Assembly (NCBI GenBank): GCA_018303265.1
Contig: JAGVYN010000013.1
Span: 1 to 35,776, forward strand
Reading direction: 5' to 3'
Length of the DNA stretch: 35,776 bases
Source: Candidatus Woesearchaeota archaeon
GTDB lineage: Archaea > Nanobdellota > Nanobdellia > Woesearchaeales > GW2011-AR9
Part shown: positions 26,901 to 35,162 of the stretch, piece by piece
How the letters are laid out: each line of letters starts with the position of its first letter
How positions within the stretch are numbered: the stretch's first letter is position 1
Translations under genes and position numbers: made by a program
The notes under the pieces: generated by a model
The model's input: the letters and a program-made list of their open reading frames with translations, nothing else
Database searches by the model: none
Told to the model about the DNA's origin: nothing

Positions 26901-28469
26901 ACTTATAATGGGAAGAGAGAACAAACCATCCCCTGGTTTTCGTTCTTTTATCCCATTGAATGAAAGCTGGATTGGTTCATTAGGATCGCGGCAATCTGCC
27001 CAGCTCCAACGGTTTCCTTCTTTGTAGCAATAAAATCTGTTAGCATTCGTGATATCATCTGGAAAAATTAAACCCGTGGAAATTTCTTTCGTTCCTTCTT
27101 CATTCTTACATTCCACCCACTGCTGGCCGTTGGCAACAATGTCATATGCTTCTTGCTCTGGTTTTTTTATGGTGAAGATATGGAACTTGGCATCTCCGTC
27201 ACTTTTTACCCAGCACCATTCACCAGCGCAGCGGTCGGGAGAACCGTCAGGCTTTTCACTGGGCCAATCTGGAATGTCTCCAACTCGACCAACCAACTCC
27301 GGCTTTTCATTATTCAAACAAATAAAATTACCTGGAAGATTGCCTGCTGTGCCGGAAGCGATGTTTCCGAAGTCAGTCAGTGGATCAGTTTCATTATCAT
27401 CACCGCAGCAATTGTTGTTGCCTGTGTTGGAGTTTATCCACGAAAATGATTTATCAAATAAATTTTGATCAGCATTAACACAGGTTTCCTCATTTTCATC
27501 CGGATCATCAATGCTGATGCCATCGCAATTGTTATCAATCCCATCACCGGCGAATTCTTTCACTCTGGGGTTGATGCAAATAGCACATTGCGAATGTTCA
27601 GGATAGTCGCAATCTTCAGGCCCTTCTACATCTTTACAAAAAGAAGGATCAACGGAGGGATCATCTTTGCAATCAACAGCTTCCAGAAAGAAATCACGAT
27701 CACGATCAACACCCGCTGGTTTCCAGAGAGGGATGTCAAATTCATCAAGAGTGCAGTTGTACATCTGGCCATTGGCCCAGGTGATGGTGTTTAATGAGCC
27801 GCTTTTTCCATCCTCGCCATCCACACCTGCTTCACATTTATGCCAGAATTTGTCATAGGCGCAGATGTGAGGGTAATCTGTCTTAAACAAAGAGTAAGTG
27901 AAAGATAAAAATGCGTCACCTCCAGCTTCATCACATTGGAAAAGAATGTTAGAAATCTCGCTAGTATGATCTAAGAGTTTTCGTTCAGAATTAAAAATAA
28001 CCCCCTCTTTTACTATGCCAGCTGCACCATCACTAGTATCGCTGGTATCCCGCTCTTCAATCAAAACCCAACATCCACTTCCTTCAGTTATCTGGTCCTG
28101 GGGCGGTTTAACTAATTTCGAACCAAAATTACATTCTTTTATATTTGATTTCCCTTCATTTAATGTAATAAGTCCTCGATGCCCTTTGCCTTCGTCTATA
28201 ACATCCATAGAAGTATAATCATAAAGTCCGGATGTGGCTAAATCAGTGTCTTTAAAACAATCCAACACATCAGAACCATAATCACATCCGCCATGCGCAG
28301 CAGGAGCTTCCACACTTTTTCCTAAAGCGGCGAATTTGTCTGTATTAGCAACCAAGCCTTGTGAAATACTTGGTTCTGGTTCTCCGCCTTCTTCTTGAGA
28401 AAAAGAAATTAATGCGAAGAGTGAAAAACAGACTACAATGAGTAAAAACATCCCTCTTTTTGTGTTCAT
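23970..28469 (-). CDS. Large (1499 aa) secreted Cys-rich surface protein
   Basis: MNTKRG|MFLLIVVCFSLFAL; DCKDD...CINP...E..GDGIDNNCDG (putative metal-binding, MopE-like motif); two CCG(D/N)D motifs. Confidence 0.8.
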   Translation of the reverse strand: MNTKRGMFLLIVVCFSLFALISFSQEEGGEPEPSISQGLVANTDKFAALGKSVEAPAAHGGCDYGSDVLDCFKDTDLATSGLYDYTSMDVIDEGKGHRGLITLNEGKSNIKECNFGSKLVKPPQDQITEGSGCWVLIEERDTSDTSDGAAGIVKEGVIFNSERKLLDHTSEISNILFQCDEAGGDAFLSFTYSLFKTDYPHICAYDKFWHKCEAGVDGEDGKSGSLNTITWANGQMYNCTLDEFDIPLWKPAGVDRDRDFFLEAVDCKDDPSVDPSFCKDVEGPEDCDYPEHSQCAICINPRVKEFAGDGIDNNCDGISIDDPDENEETCVNADQNLFDKSFSWINSNTGNNNCCGDDNETDPLTDFGNIASGTAGNLPGNFICLNNEKPELVGRVGDIPDWPSEKPDGSPDRCAGEWCWVKSDGDAKFHIFTIKKPEQEAYDIVANGQQWVECKNEEGTKEISTGLIFPDDITNANRFYCYKEGNRWSWADCRDPNEPIQLSFNGIKERKPGDGLFSLPIISAMPANKVLIDLDKVYSDYYEDSPTDFIGETYLEFYVRFTHLEEDVPTNVRLSIFGPKQDDGKNVVYFDDSVLGYAANNPVLEENRWIHVKVPISEMVNVKFMRIDASPEKNEIEVRNAYLTSGEKPQICSGEYSSDEGKSSWLTDLDYWQKGDKISGEKLCNALYDPFFKDDPAYQGIAWLGDEEVVAPARRCCGNDDKEYYADDSRDNYGCWNSQPIAPGETTMNVKFSVNSQGKTWEPEYSCSGNVECVYPLPGEPFYTVTNPNPDLYELYFVTNEGEIPVGSSNTYDKDANVKVKKAAQQVIFVNEEDAEGNVDQGFYGCQAASFLEGINKINPENNLPYCSVKGGAFCSYSVDHEINKERFTTINSWSAEEITKVGYAVGEIDTSDLTTFFSNLPFPLKDQSVAAGERNYSTFAFPGQNFLPNAEFRLDGKILPHWDILAADGIAVQNEKEKIVQNKVTLNNGEILRSERIAIGKNTNVSFSHNGSCSDIQITLVDKDGNRNIASPPEFSTADASYLVVEFKGTSNSCTIFQPLLQYVDNQGKSPYHYKSQPSLTGFDARSGAACCSQNSCWNGYACVEDMSASALVEHLPDDRNYRCVQGIWKYQPLKQDWNREKSGFCNSEDQCFVLSTESASVDAATADFYQGEYPSCINSGEYVFDNYCQAGNWTSRTKFVAEELVNVAGDDDFVLYCTSLREAELETAGKENYLEGIKQVAAAGKVGLAETLGSPGGQEVTTVCFDALLDKEGARLVPEKENTCVNNFCVLQHKGKTSFATTLNRDITDPDSFFLALGIPQGKIKVLCPPSGENEFVKCDVTGTAVKGDLWYSQKLNAVIYGKEGFSLEPGLVEKVWEKIKNLFGVESELSQESIFVAEVQNFRDVYLLKKDEKFIRAVREVFSPQKQTLIAEYENFETPVCEYVTHVNLPEDLELLEEAAGQQQLSCIQQEAIQHVEAISNLDLLWPQLTGKVRVS

Positions 28470-28499
28470 GGTATTATAGAATAAAACAATCCTTTTTTA

Positions 28500-28507
28500 T
28501 TTATAAA
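28500..28507 (-). promoter_or_regulatory. TATA box
   Basis: TTTATAAA about 30 nt upstream of ATG 28469. Confidence 0.45.
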
Positions 28508-28538
28508 TATTCCGAACACTAAAGAGAAAAAAGTAGTT

Positions 28539-29621
28539 TTACTCCCACTGCAAGAGAAGGGGATAGACTTTATTGGTGCAATGAACCTTGTCAGTGGAGA
28601 AAGTTTTCACACACAGACCTTCTTCAGTGGATAGAAACGCAATCTTTGAATCATCCGGAGAAGGAGCAAAAGGAATGGATACTCCTTGCGCGATGAGAGA
28701 ATAATAGCCGTTGAGAGAAATGCTGTTCAATGTTTTATTTGAACCATCAAAATAGAGAGCATTTCCTTTTGGGGACCAGTGGACGAAATTTATGGGCTTC
28801 GCAACTTGATTTTCAGTGACAGCACTTGTTTCTTTAGTGTCCATATCATAGACTACGGCTTCTCTTTTCCCACCGCAGTCTTGAATGAAGGCGACAAGAT
28901 CCTCGTGCACCGCAGGCTGATATTCATCACAACCAGGATCAAAACTCGTTGGAAGAAGGCGCTGTAATTGTGAACCGTCTTGCTGTATTGAAAGAATCTT
29001 GAAATTACCATTATCTTCAGAAGTGCAATAGGATTGGCCACCGCAGGTTCCTGAAAAAAGAATCGTGGAAGAACCGTGCCATGTAGGAATGAATTGAATA
29101 CCATAAGGCTCCTCGGAGGCTCCCTTTGGCAAAAGTAATTGAGGCGTGGAACCATAAACATAGAGTTTGTCATTAAATGTTACAACAGCAATTTTTCCAC
29201 TGCCAGCAACGGAGAACCACCCTATTTGGGAGATATCTTTTTGATTAAGAATTATTTCATCAAGCCCCGAATTAAGAGAAAACTTGTTAATAGTATTAGT
29301 GTTATCGCCAAAGTCATGTTTAAGGTAATGCCAGTTTCCACAACCCAAATCATCTACTACACCATTACACGTATTATCCACACCATCGCATAAGTCAAAC
29401 TCTTCCGGCTGGCATGTTGGCTCAGGGGTTGAGGGTTGGGAAGAGGATGATTCCTTTTGTGGAGGATTTTGACATTCTCCTTTAACGCAAATACGGTCTC
29501 CTTTACAATCATAATCTGCGGTGCAGTAAGGGGAAGATGTGCTTCCAGAATCACACGAAGGAAAACTTACGGCAAGAGCTGCACCCAATGCTAATTTCCT
29601 AACCAGATCAGTAAGTGTCAT
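28539..29621 (-). CDS. Secreted or lipoprotein-like protein: Cys module, metal-binding motif and TolB/WD40-like beta-propeller
   Basis: Signal LALGAALAVSFPSC; CTADYDCKGDRICVKGEC; LCDGVDNTCNGVVDD; WSPKG, PSPDDSKIAF and DGSQLQRL propeller motifs. Confidence 0.7.
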   Translation of the reverse strand: MTLTDLVRKLALGAALAVSFPSCDSGSTSSPYCTADYDCKGDRICVKGECQNPPQKESSSSQPSTPEPTCQPEEFDLCDGVDNTCNGVVDDLGCGNWHYLKHDFGDNTNTINKFSLNSGLDEIILNQKDISQIGWFSVAGSGKIAVVTFNDKLYVYGSTPQLLLPKGASEEPYGIQFIPTWHGSSTILFSGTCGGQSYCTSEDNGNFKILSIQQDGSQLQRLLPTSFDPGCDEYQPAVHEDLVAFIQDCGGKREAVVYDMDTKETSAVTENQVAKPINFVHWSPKGNALYFDGSNKTLNSISLNGYYSLIAQGVSIPFAPSPDDSKIAFLSTEEGLCVKTFSTDKVHCTNKVYPLLLQWE

Positions 29622-29658
29622 TTTTACTACTAAAAAGGGAAATGATTATATTTAAATG

Positions 29659-30174
29659 TTATGATTGTTTTTGAATTTCTAAACACCCTTTACCAGCACC
29701 ACCTAACACATTCCAGAAAGATAACAAATCTCGGGCCGATCTCATTTCCATTTGTTCCATGGAAAAATTGCTGAAAAACACTTTCACCTTATACTTCTTA
29801 CACAGTTTGATGTTAAACATCATGCGGGCAAGTAGTTTTGATCTCTGCGGAGAGTTTAAGATGTCAGAGAACGAAAAAGCAATGATTTTGTCTTTCTCTG
29901 CTGCAATTTTGCAAAGAATTTGATCCAATCCTCCCCGAACAAAATGAGTGCTCTCCTTAGGATGAATATGTTCTATGCCCAAAACCATGCTTATTGGTGT
30001 TTATGTAAGAAGTTTTTTGGAAACAGCACGATTTGTTTTTAATAAAAGTTCTTTTTTGGTCTTGGCTTCAATGATGACCGCATCCGTTTCCAGAAACAAT
30101 GTTCTGGAAAATCCCAGCTTTGCACTCAGTTCCTCGAATTCTTGATTTTTTGGAAGTAATATAAGATTGTCCAT
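29659..30174 (-). pseudogene. rnp3: RNase P protein subunit p30 (Rpp30) with in-frame stop and probable internal deletion
   Basis: ATG 30174 gives MDNLILL...AKLGFSRTLFL...KKLLT, then TAA (30001-30003), then in the same frame TPISMVLGIEHIHPKESTHFVRGGLDQILCKIAAEK...NIKLCKKYKV...EMRSARDL, which is Rpp30-like. Confidence 0.7.
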
Positions 30175-30284
30175 CTTTTCTTAAATGGAATACTGCTTTA
30201 TATATTTTCAGGAAATATTTATAAAAAAGGAATCAAAAATTACATTACGCTAAACCGGGCCTTACTTAGAGACTTGGGGAGGAA

Positions 30285-30491
30285 ATGATGGAACTGAGAA
30301 TTATTAACGAACGAGATCAGACTACACAAGATATTGCCTTTGCAGGAAAAACAGTTTTTGAACTTCTTACTTCGCTGAATATTAATCCGGAAACAGTGCT
30401 TGTAGTACGAAACAAAGAAGTAATAACAGAAGACGAAGCAGTAAGAGACCAAGACGTTCTGGAAATTCTGAGCGTTATTTCTGGAGGATAG
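30285..30491 (+). CDS. Ubiquitin-like sulfur carrier (ThiS/MoaD/SAMP/TtuB family)
   Basis: 68 aa beta-grasp-like, ends VISGG; GGAGG SD; directly upstream of ttuA. Confidence 0.9.
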   Translation: MMELRIINERDQTTQDIAFAGKTVFELLTSLNINPETVLVVRNKEVITEDEAVRDQDVLEILSVISGG

Positions 30492-30494
30492 GTT

Positions 30495-31427
30495 ATGCAA
30501 TGCGGCAAATGCGATCTTAAAGCAGTCATGGAGCTCCAGCACGGTGCTCTCTGTAAAAGCCATTTCATCTCTTATTTTGAAGATAAAGTATTCAGGACAA
30601 TCAACCGCTATCAGCTTATCCAGAGAAAGGACAGAATTTGTGTGGCAACATCAGGTGGTAAGGATTCGTTGACGGTTCTCTATCTTACCAAAAAATATTG
30701 TGAGAAATACCAAATCCCCACTAATAATTTATTTGCCCTTGTGATTGATGAAGGCATTGCTGAATATAGAGAAAAAACGGTGATTGATTTAGAACTGTTT
30801 TGTCGTAAACACAACATCCCTCTGAAAATAGCATATTTCAAGGAAGAATTGGGAAAGACTCTTGACGACGCATATCCTATCATCAATCAAGGAACAAGTA
30901 AAAAACCATGCAATGTCTGCGGCGTGTGGCGCCGGTATTTGTTAAACAAACACGCCAAAAAAATAGGGGCAACGAAAGTTGTGACCGGCCATAACCTCGA
31001 TGATGAAGCGCAGGCGATTATCATGAACCTCTTTAAAGCAAATGTGGACCTCGCCGGAAGATTGGGCCCTCTCTCTGGAGGAAGTGAGCATGATCTGTTT
31101 GTGCAGCGTGTAAAGCCCCTTTATCTATGCGGCGAGAAAGAAGTGAGGTTATACACAGTATTAAAAGGCTTCCAGGTTCAATTTGCGGAATGCCCGTATT
31201 CCAAAGAAGGGTACAGGCATCACATCCAGGAAATGCTTAATGAATTTGAGCACAAATATAAAGGAACAAAGCAGGGGATCATAAAATCATTTCTCGCAAT
31301 GCTGCCCCGCCTGCAGGAAAAAGAGGAGAAGCAACAGATAACACCCTGCAGAAAGTGCCATGAGGCGGCAAATAATGACATCTGCAATGCCTGCCAGATG
31401 AAGGAGGTTCTGGAAATTGCCCGATGA
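30495..31427 (+). CDS. ttuA: tRNA 2-thiouridine synthase TtuA/NcsA (Ctu1 family)
   Basis: N-terminal CxxC..CxxH zinc finger, PP-loop SGGKDS, PCNVCG, GHNLDDEAQ, CPY, C-terminal CxxC..CxxC. Confidence 0.92.
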   Translation: MQCGKCDLKAVMELQHGALCKSHFISYFEDKVFRTINRYQLIQRKDRICVATSGGKDSLTVLYLTKKYCEKYQIPTNNLFALVIDEGIAEYREKTVIDLELFCRKHNIPLKIAYFKEELGKTLDDAYPIINQGTSKKPCNVCGVWRRYLLNKHAKKIGATKVVTGHNLDDEAQAIIMNLFKANVDLAGRLGPLSGGSEHDLFVQRVKPLYLCGEKEVRLYTVLKGFQVQFAECPYSKEGYRHHIQEMLNEFEHKYKGTKQGIIKSFLAMLPRLQEKEEKQQITPCRKCHEAANNDICNACQMKEVLEIAR

Positions 31428-32379
31428 AAGATATTCCCGGCAAATACTGCTGCAGGAGATAGGGACAGAAGGGCAGGAAAAGCTGCGGCAGAACAACGTG
31501 GCCATCGTCGGAGTTGGGGCTCTGGGCACCGCCGCTGCGGAACTGCTGGTACGGGCTGGAGTAGAGAAGATAATCCTTATTGATAGAGATGTTGTAGAGA
31601 GAAGCAACTTGCAGCGGCAACTCCTGTTCACAGAGGAAGATGTGGGGAGGAGCAAGGCTGTTGTCGCCAAAGAAAAATTACACAAAATAAACAGCAATGC
31701 GGCAATTCACGCAGAAGCGATCCATCTTAACAGCGAGAATGTTCAGCTCTTGCAAAATGCCGATCTCATTTTGGATTGCACGGATAACATCCAGACGCGG
31801 TTGCTTGTAAATGATTATTGTAAAAAGAACAAAAAAAGATGGATCTATGCGGCCGCAATTAAAACCTCCGGGTATGTCATGCCTATCCTTCCGGAGGGAC
31901 CTTGCCTGCAATGTTTTATGCACGAAAGCGGCGTTGACACCTGTGATACGGTTGGTGTTTTAAATACGATTACTTCTTCTATTGCCGGTATGCAGGTGAC
32001 GCTGGCGCTGAAAATGATGGTGAAAGAGAATGTTGAACCTTCATTGTTTTATTATGATATCTGGCAGGGAGCAAGTAAAAGAATAACAGTGAAAAAAAAT
32101 AAGAAATGCCAGGCCTGCCAAGGGAATTTTACCTACTTAGAAAAAAAAGAGAATGTAAAAGTTATTCCTTTTTGTTCTTCGGGACGATACCAAATACAAG
32201 GAAAACCACGGAATGTGCAGGAAATGAAAAAAAAGTGGCAGAGATTAGGGAAAGTTGTCGATGACGGCATCACTCTTCAATTTAAAGATATTCTTCTGTT
32301 CCGGGATGGCCGGGCGCTGATTAAAGCAAAATCTGAACATGAAGCGCTCGCTACGTATTCAAAATTTGTTGGAAATTGA
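31417..32379 (+). CDS. E1-like adenylyltransferase (ThiF/MoeB/UbaA family)
   Basis: RYSRQ, GVGALG, DRDVVERSNLQRQ, DCTDN, PCLQC, catalytic-position TCDTVG, CQAC; C-terminal extension with LFRDGRALIK. Confidence 0.9.
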   Translation: MPDERYSRQILLQEIGTEGQEKLRQNNVAIVGVGALGTAAAELLVRAGVEKIILIDRDVVERSNLQRQLLFTEEDVGRSKAVVAKEKLHKINSNAAIHAEAIHLNSENVQLLQNADLILDCTDNIQTRLLVNDYCKKNKKRWIYAAAIKTSGYVMPILPEGPCLQCFMHESGVDTCDTVGVLNTITSSIAGMQVTLALKMMVKENVEPSLFYYDIWQGASKRITVKKNKKCQACQGNFTYLEKKENVKVIPFCSSGRYQIQGKPRNVQEMKKKWQRLGKVVDDGITLQFKDILLFRDGRALIKAKSEHEALATYSKFVGN

Positions 32380-32400
32380 CAGGGCCTCCCTTCTTTTTTT

Positions 32401-32639
32401 CTATTTTTTAAGATTTGTTTGTCCGCCGTGAATCGTCCTGATGCGAATATGCTTTTCTTCAACGATGATTAACGAGTTTTCAACCTGTGCTAAAGAAATG
32501 CTTTTAAGCAGATATTCAACAGTTCTTTATCTTTAATGCCTGAAATTTTTTCTGAAAAAACACTGCTGATAGAATGATGGCGGTTTTTTAACAACCTTCC
32601 CAGCTGCAAAGGAACGTTTTCATCAAGTTTAAAGTGCAT
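32401..32639 (-). pseudogene. DUF5615 (PIN-like) toxin, internally deleted and frameshifted; not in the ORF track
   Basis: ATG 32639 gives MHFKLDENVPLQLGRLLKNRHHSISSVFSEKISGIKDKELLNICLKAFL* (stop 32490-32492). Another frame continues SISLAQVENSLIIVEEKHIRIRTIHGGQTNLKK* (stop 32401-32403), matching the family's C-terminal end; the central LITxDxDF segment is absent. Confidence 0.75.
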
Positions 32640-32640
32640 C

Positions 32641-32895
<255 letters not shown>

Positions 32896-32985
32896 TCATT
32901 TTAAATAAGTTGTTGTAAGATTTCGTGATTTGTTCCTGGGGGGGGGTGAGAAAGTATTAAATATTCTTTTTTGAATGAAAAACGG

Positions 32986-33573
32986 ATGAGGTTCAAACAG
33001 CTCTCGTTCGTGGTCTTGCTTATTCTGGCGGCGCTACTGGTTGTGGGTTGTACGCAGTATGTTTCTGACGTGCCGCCGGAGCTTCGGCCGACCGCCCTCG
33101 CCGGGCAGGCTACATACTACGACCAGACCAAAGTGGAGGCGTGCAAGAAAGATCCATCCTGCTGGACGAAGTTCTTGAGTTGTTACAAGCCAAAGTGCGT
33201 TGACATCAAAGCTACCGGCACGCCCGCGGAATGGGGCGAGTGTGTGAACGGGTGTCTGCCTAGTGGATCAGGCGAATCAAAGCTGGACTGCAAGCAGTTT
33301 GGCAACCCTACTCTCTCATCAACAATGAACGGCGATTCATTCTGTACCAATCAGGGTTATGATGCTTGCATAGATGGAACCTTCATCGCCCGCATACAAT
33401 ATAACGACGGTCACTATAGCTTGTTCACGATGCCATTCTTCTGTGAATACCCGTCAGTTTTCTTTGGACCGGATCTTGTCCATGAAAATCTACCAGTTAC
33501 AAAAAACATGCCCGATACAAACTACACGATCAATGATCCAGACCTGGTAGTGACCTGTTGCAAAATTTATTGA
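32986..33573 (+). CDS. Cys-rich putative lipoprotein
   Basis: MRFKQLSFVVLLILAALLVVGC lipobox (ATG 32986); numerous Cys residues; ends TCCKIY; visibly GC-richer than its flanks. Confidence 0.7.
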   Translation: MRFKQLSFVVLLILAALLVVGCTQYVSDVPPELRPTALAGQATYYDQTKVEACKKDPSCWTKFLSCYKPKCVDIKATGTPAEWGECVNGCLPSGSGESKLDCKQFGNPTLSSTMNGDSFCTNQGYDACIDGTFIARIQYNDGHYSLFTMPFFCEYPSVFFGPDLVHENLPVTKNMPDTNYTINDPDLVVTCCKIY

Positions 33574-33646
33574 CAACGGTGGAACAGCGACTAGCCGTAA
33601 TAATCTAGCAAGCATCGAAATGACGTTTGCTAGAAGCCAGCACAGA

Positions 33647-34474
33647 TTATATTCCTTTAAACTTCTCCAAACCAGCTTCAATCTCTTCTTCCCTCCACGT
33701 GAGCAAAGGACGAAACACTGTTAATGAAGTTGGAAGGGAAGAGAATGCGGCAAAGCGCTGATCGACAACAAGAACAGAACTATTTTTCACTTTTGCATAA
33801 CTCTCAATCTCCGGCCACGTTTTTACCTCCTCCAACCTTAATGGAAGCGGACTATATCTTTGGAGCAGAGAAATATCTTTGTCCTCAAAAGCAATAGGGA
33901 AAAGAGTGCAGCCCCTCCGCAGCATAGACAATCCTGCAAGAATGCTCGCCTTGGTTTCCACGAGGAGGAGAACTTTTCCGCCGGTTCCCACCGGCAAGCC
34001 GCCAAAACAGGGGATTGTTTCCAAAAACAAATAAGCCCCATCATTATTTATTTCGATATTGAAGATGGTGCGAGGATCCTTCGCGCTAAACACCAGATTG
34101 CTCTTTTCTTCGATAGACATGCCTATCTTTCGATTTAACTCCATGGAAGACAGAGGAAATTGTTTATCGGCTCGTTTGGTGATGATTTTAAATGTACCTT
34201 TCTTCCCTTGAAGAAGATCCAAGGCCTGTTTTTCAATTTCAGCTATATCTTTTTCAACTCGCACGGCCGGAGAATAAGAAACAATGCCAAATATTGCCCG
34301 CAATTGTTCATGAGGCACAAAGTAAGGGAGGATGAGCCTCTTTTGCGTTCTGGTCACGAATAAAGTCTTGCTCTGTTTTTTTATATTTTGGACAAGAATT
34401 TTTTCAAAAAAAGGGCGGTTTTTGCCTTTTAAGAAGATTTCCCCATAGCGCAGGAGTAAATGGGAGTAGTTCAT
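33647..34474 (-). CDS. thiI: ThiI-like THUMP-domain protein with degenerate PP-loop
   Basis: RYGEIFLKGKNRPFFE, FGIVSYS, TFKIITKRADKQFP, GGLPVGTGGK, RRGC and VFRPL present; the SGGxDS position reads VETKAS; only 275 aa. Confidence 0.8.
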   Translation of the reverse strand: MNYSHLLLRYGEIFLKGKNRPFFEKILVQNIKKQSKTLFVTRTQKRLILPYFVPHEQLRAIFGIVSYSPAVRVEKDIAEIEKQALDLLQGKKGTFKIITKRADKQFPLSSMELNRKIGMSIEEKSNLVFSAKDPRTIFNIEINNDGAYLFLETIPCFGGLPVGTGGKVLLLVETKASILAGLSMLRRGCTLFPIAFEDKDISLLQRYSPLPLRLEEVKTWPEIESYAKVKNSSVLVVDQRFAAFSSLPTSLTVFRPLLTWREEEIEAGLEKFKGI

Positions 34475-34624
34475 GAAGAAGGTGCAAGTACTTCATTTAA
34501 AAACTTTTCTTGAAAAAAAACAAAATTGGTGTGATGCTGCATTTATAAAGGGAATATTTAAATAGGGTGCGTCTATTTATAAACTAGATTATCACTTAAA
34601 AACTGTCTGCGGGAGGGGTTGTTC

Positions 34625-35154
34625 ATGGTAAAAAAAGACACCAAAAAGAAAATTAGGATTGTCAATATTGTTGTTTCAACCGGCTTGGAAAAAGATATTC
34701 CTTTAGAAAAGATGGCGGCACGGCTGCCGAACACTGAGTACAATCCGGAACAGTTTCCAGGGCTGGTGCTGCGGATAAAAGAGCCCAAGACCTCTGCTCT
34801 TATTTTTTCCAGTGGCAAAGTAGTCTGCACGGGAGCCAGAACTTTAGAGGAAGTAGATCGAAGCATCCAAAGTATAATCAAGAGTTTAAAGAAATTAAAC
34901 ATCAATGTGACCATTAAACCAGAAATCACCGTGCAGAATATCGTTGCTTCTGGAAGCATATTAAATTACCTAATACTGAATATGAACCTGAACAGTTTCC
35001 AGGACTGGTGCATAAATTAAAAGGGACCAATGCTACTTTTCTCTTGTTCAGCAATGGCAAGATTGTTTGTACAGGAACAAAGACCGAAGATCAAGTGAAC
35101 GAGGCGACGGATAAATTGATTGAAAACCTTAAAAAAGTGTTGAATAAGGAATAG
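34625..35154 (+). pseudogene. tbp: TATA-box binding protein, frameshifted by a deletion of about 31 nt at about 34961 (probable assembly error)
   Basis: First repeat NIVVS...EYNPEQFPGLV..LIFSSGKVVCTG is intact. The second repeat breaks after NIVASGSI and resumes in another frame at 34963: KLPNTEYEPEQFPGLVHKL...LLFSNGKIVCTGTK...KE*. Confidence 0.9.
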
Positions 35155-35162
35155 TTTGTTTA

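Noticed and set aside
4086-29621. Provirus or diversity-generating retroelement as the explanation for the hypothetical-gene block
   Set aside because: No integrase, terminase, capsid or reverse transcriptase, and no adenine-variant TR/VR repeat pair seen; the signal-peptide pattern explains the block.
30001-30003. Stop-codon reassignment or readthrough to explain the rnp3 in-frame TAA
   Set aside because: TAA is used as a normal stop by many genes here, and sequence appears to be missing at the site.
32277-32462. 61-aa minus-strand ORF
   Set aside because: Wrong frame of the PIN toxin remnant, and antisense to the E1 3' end.
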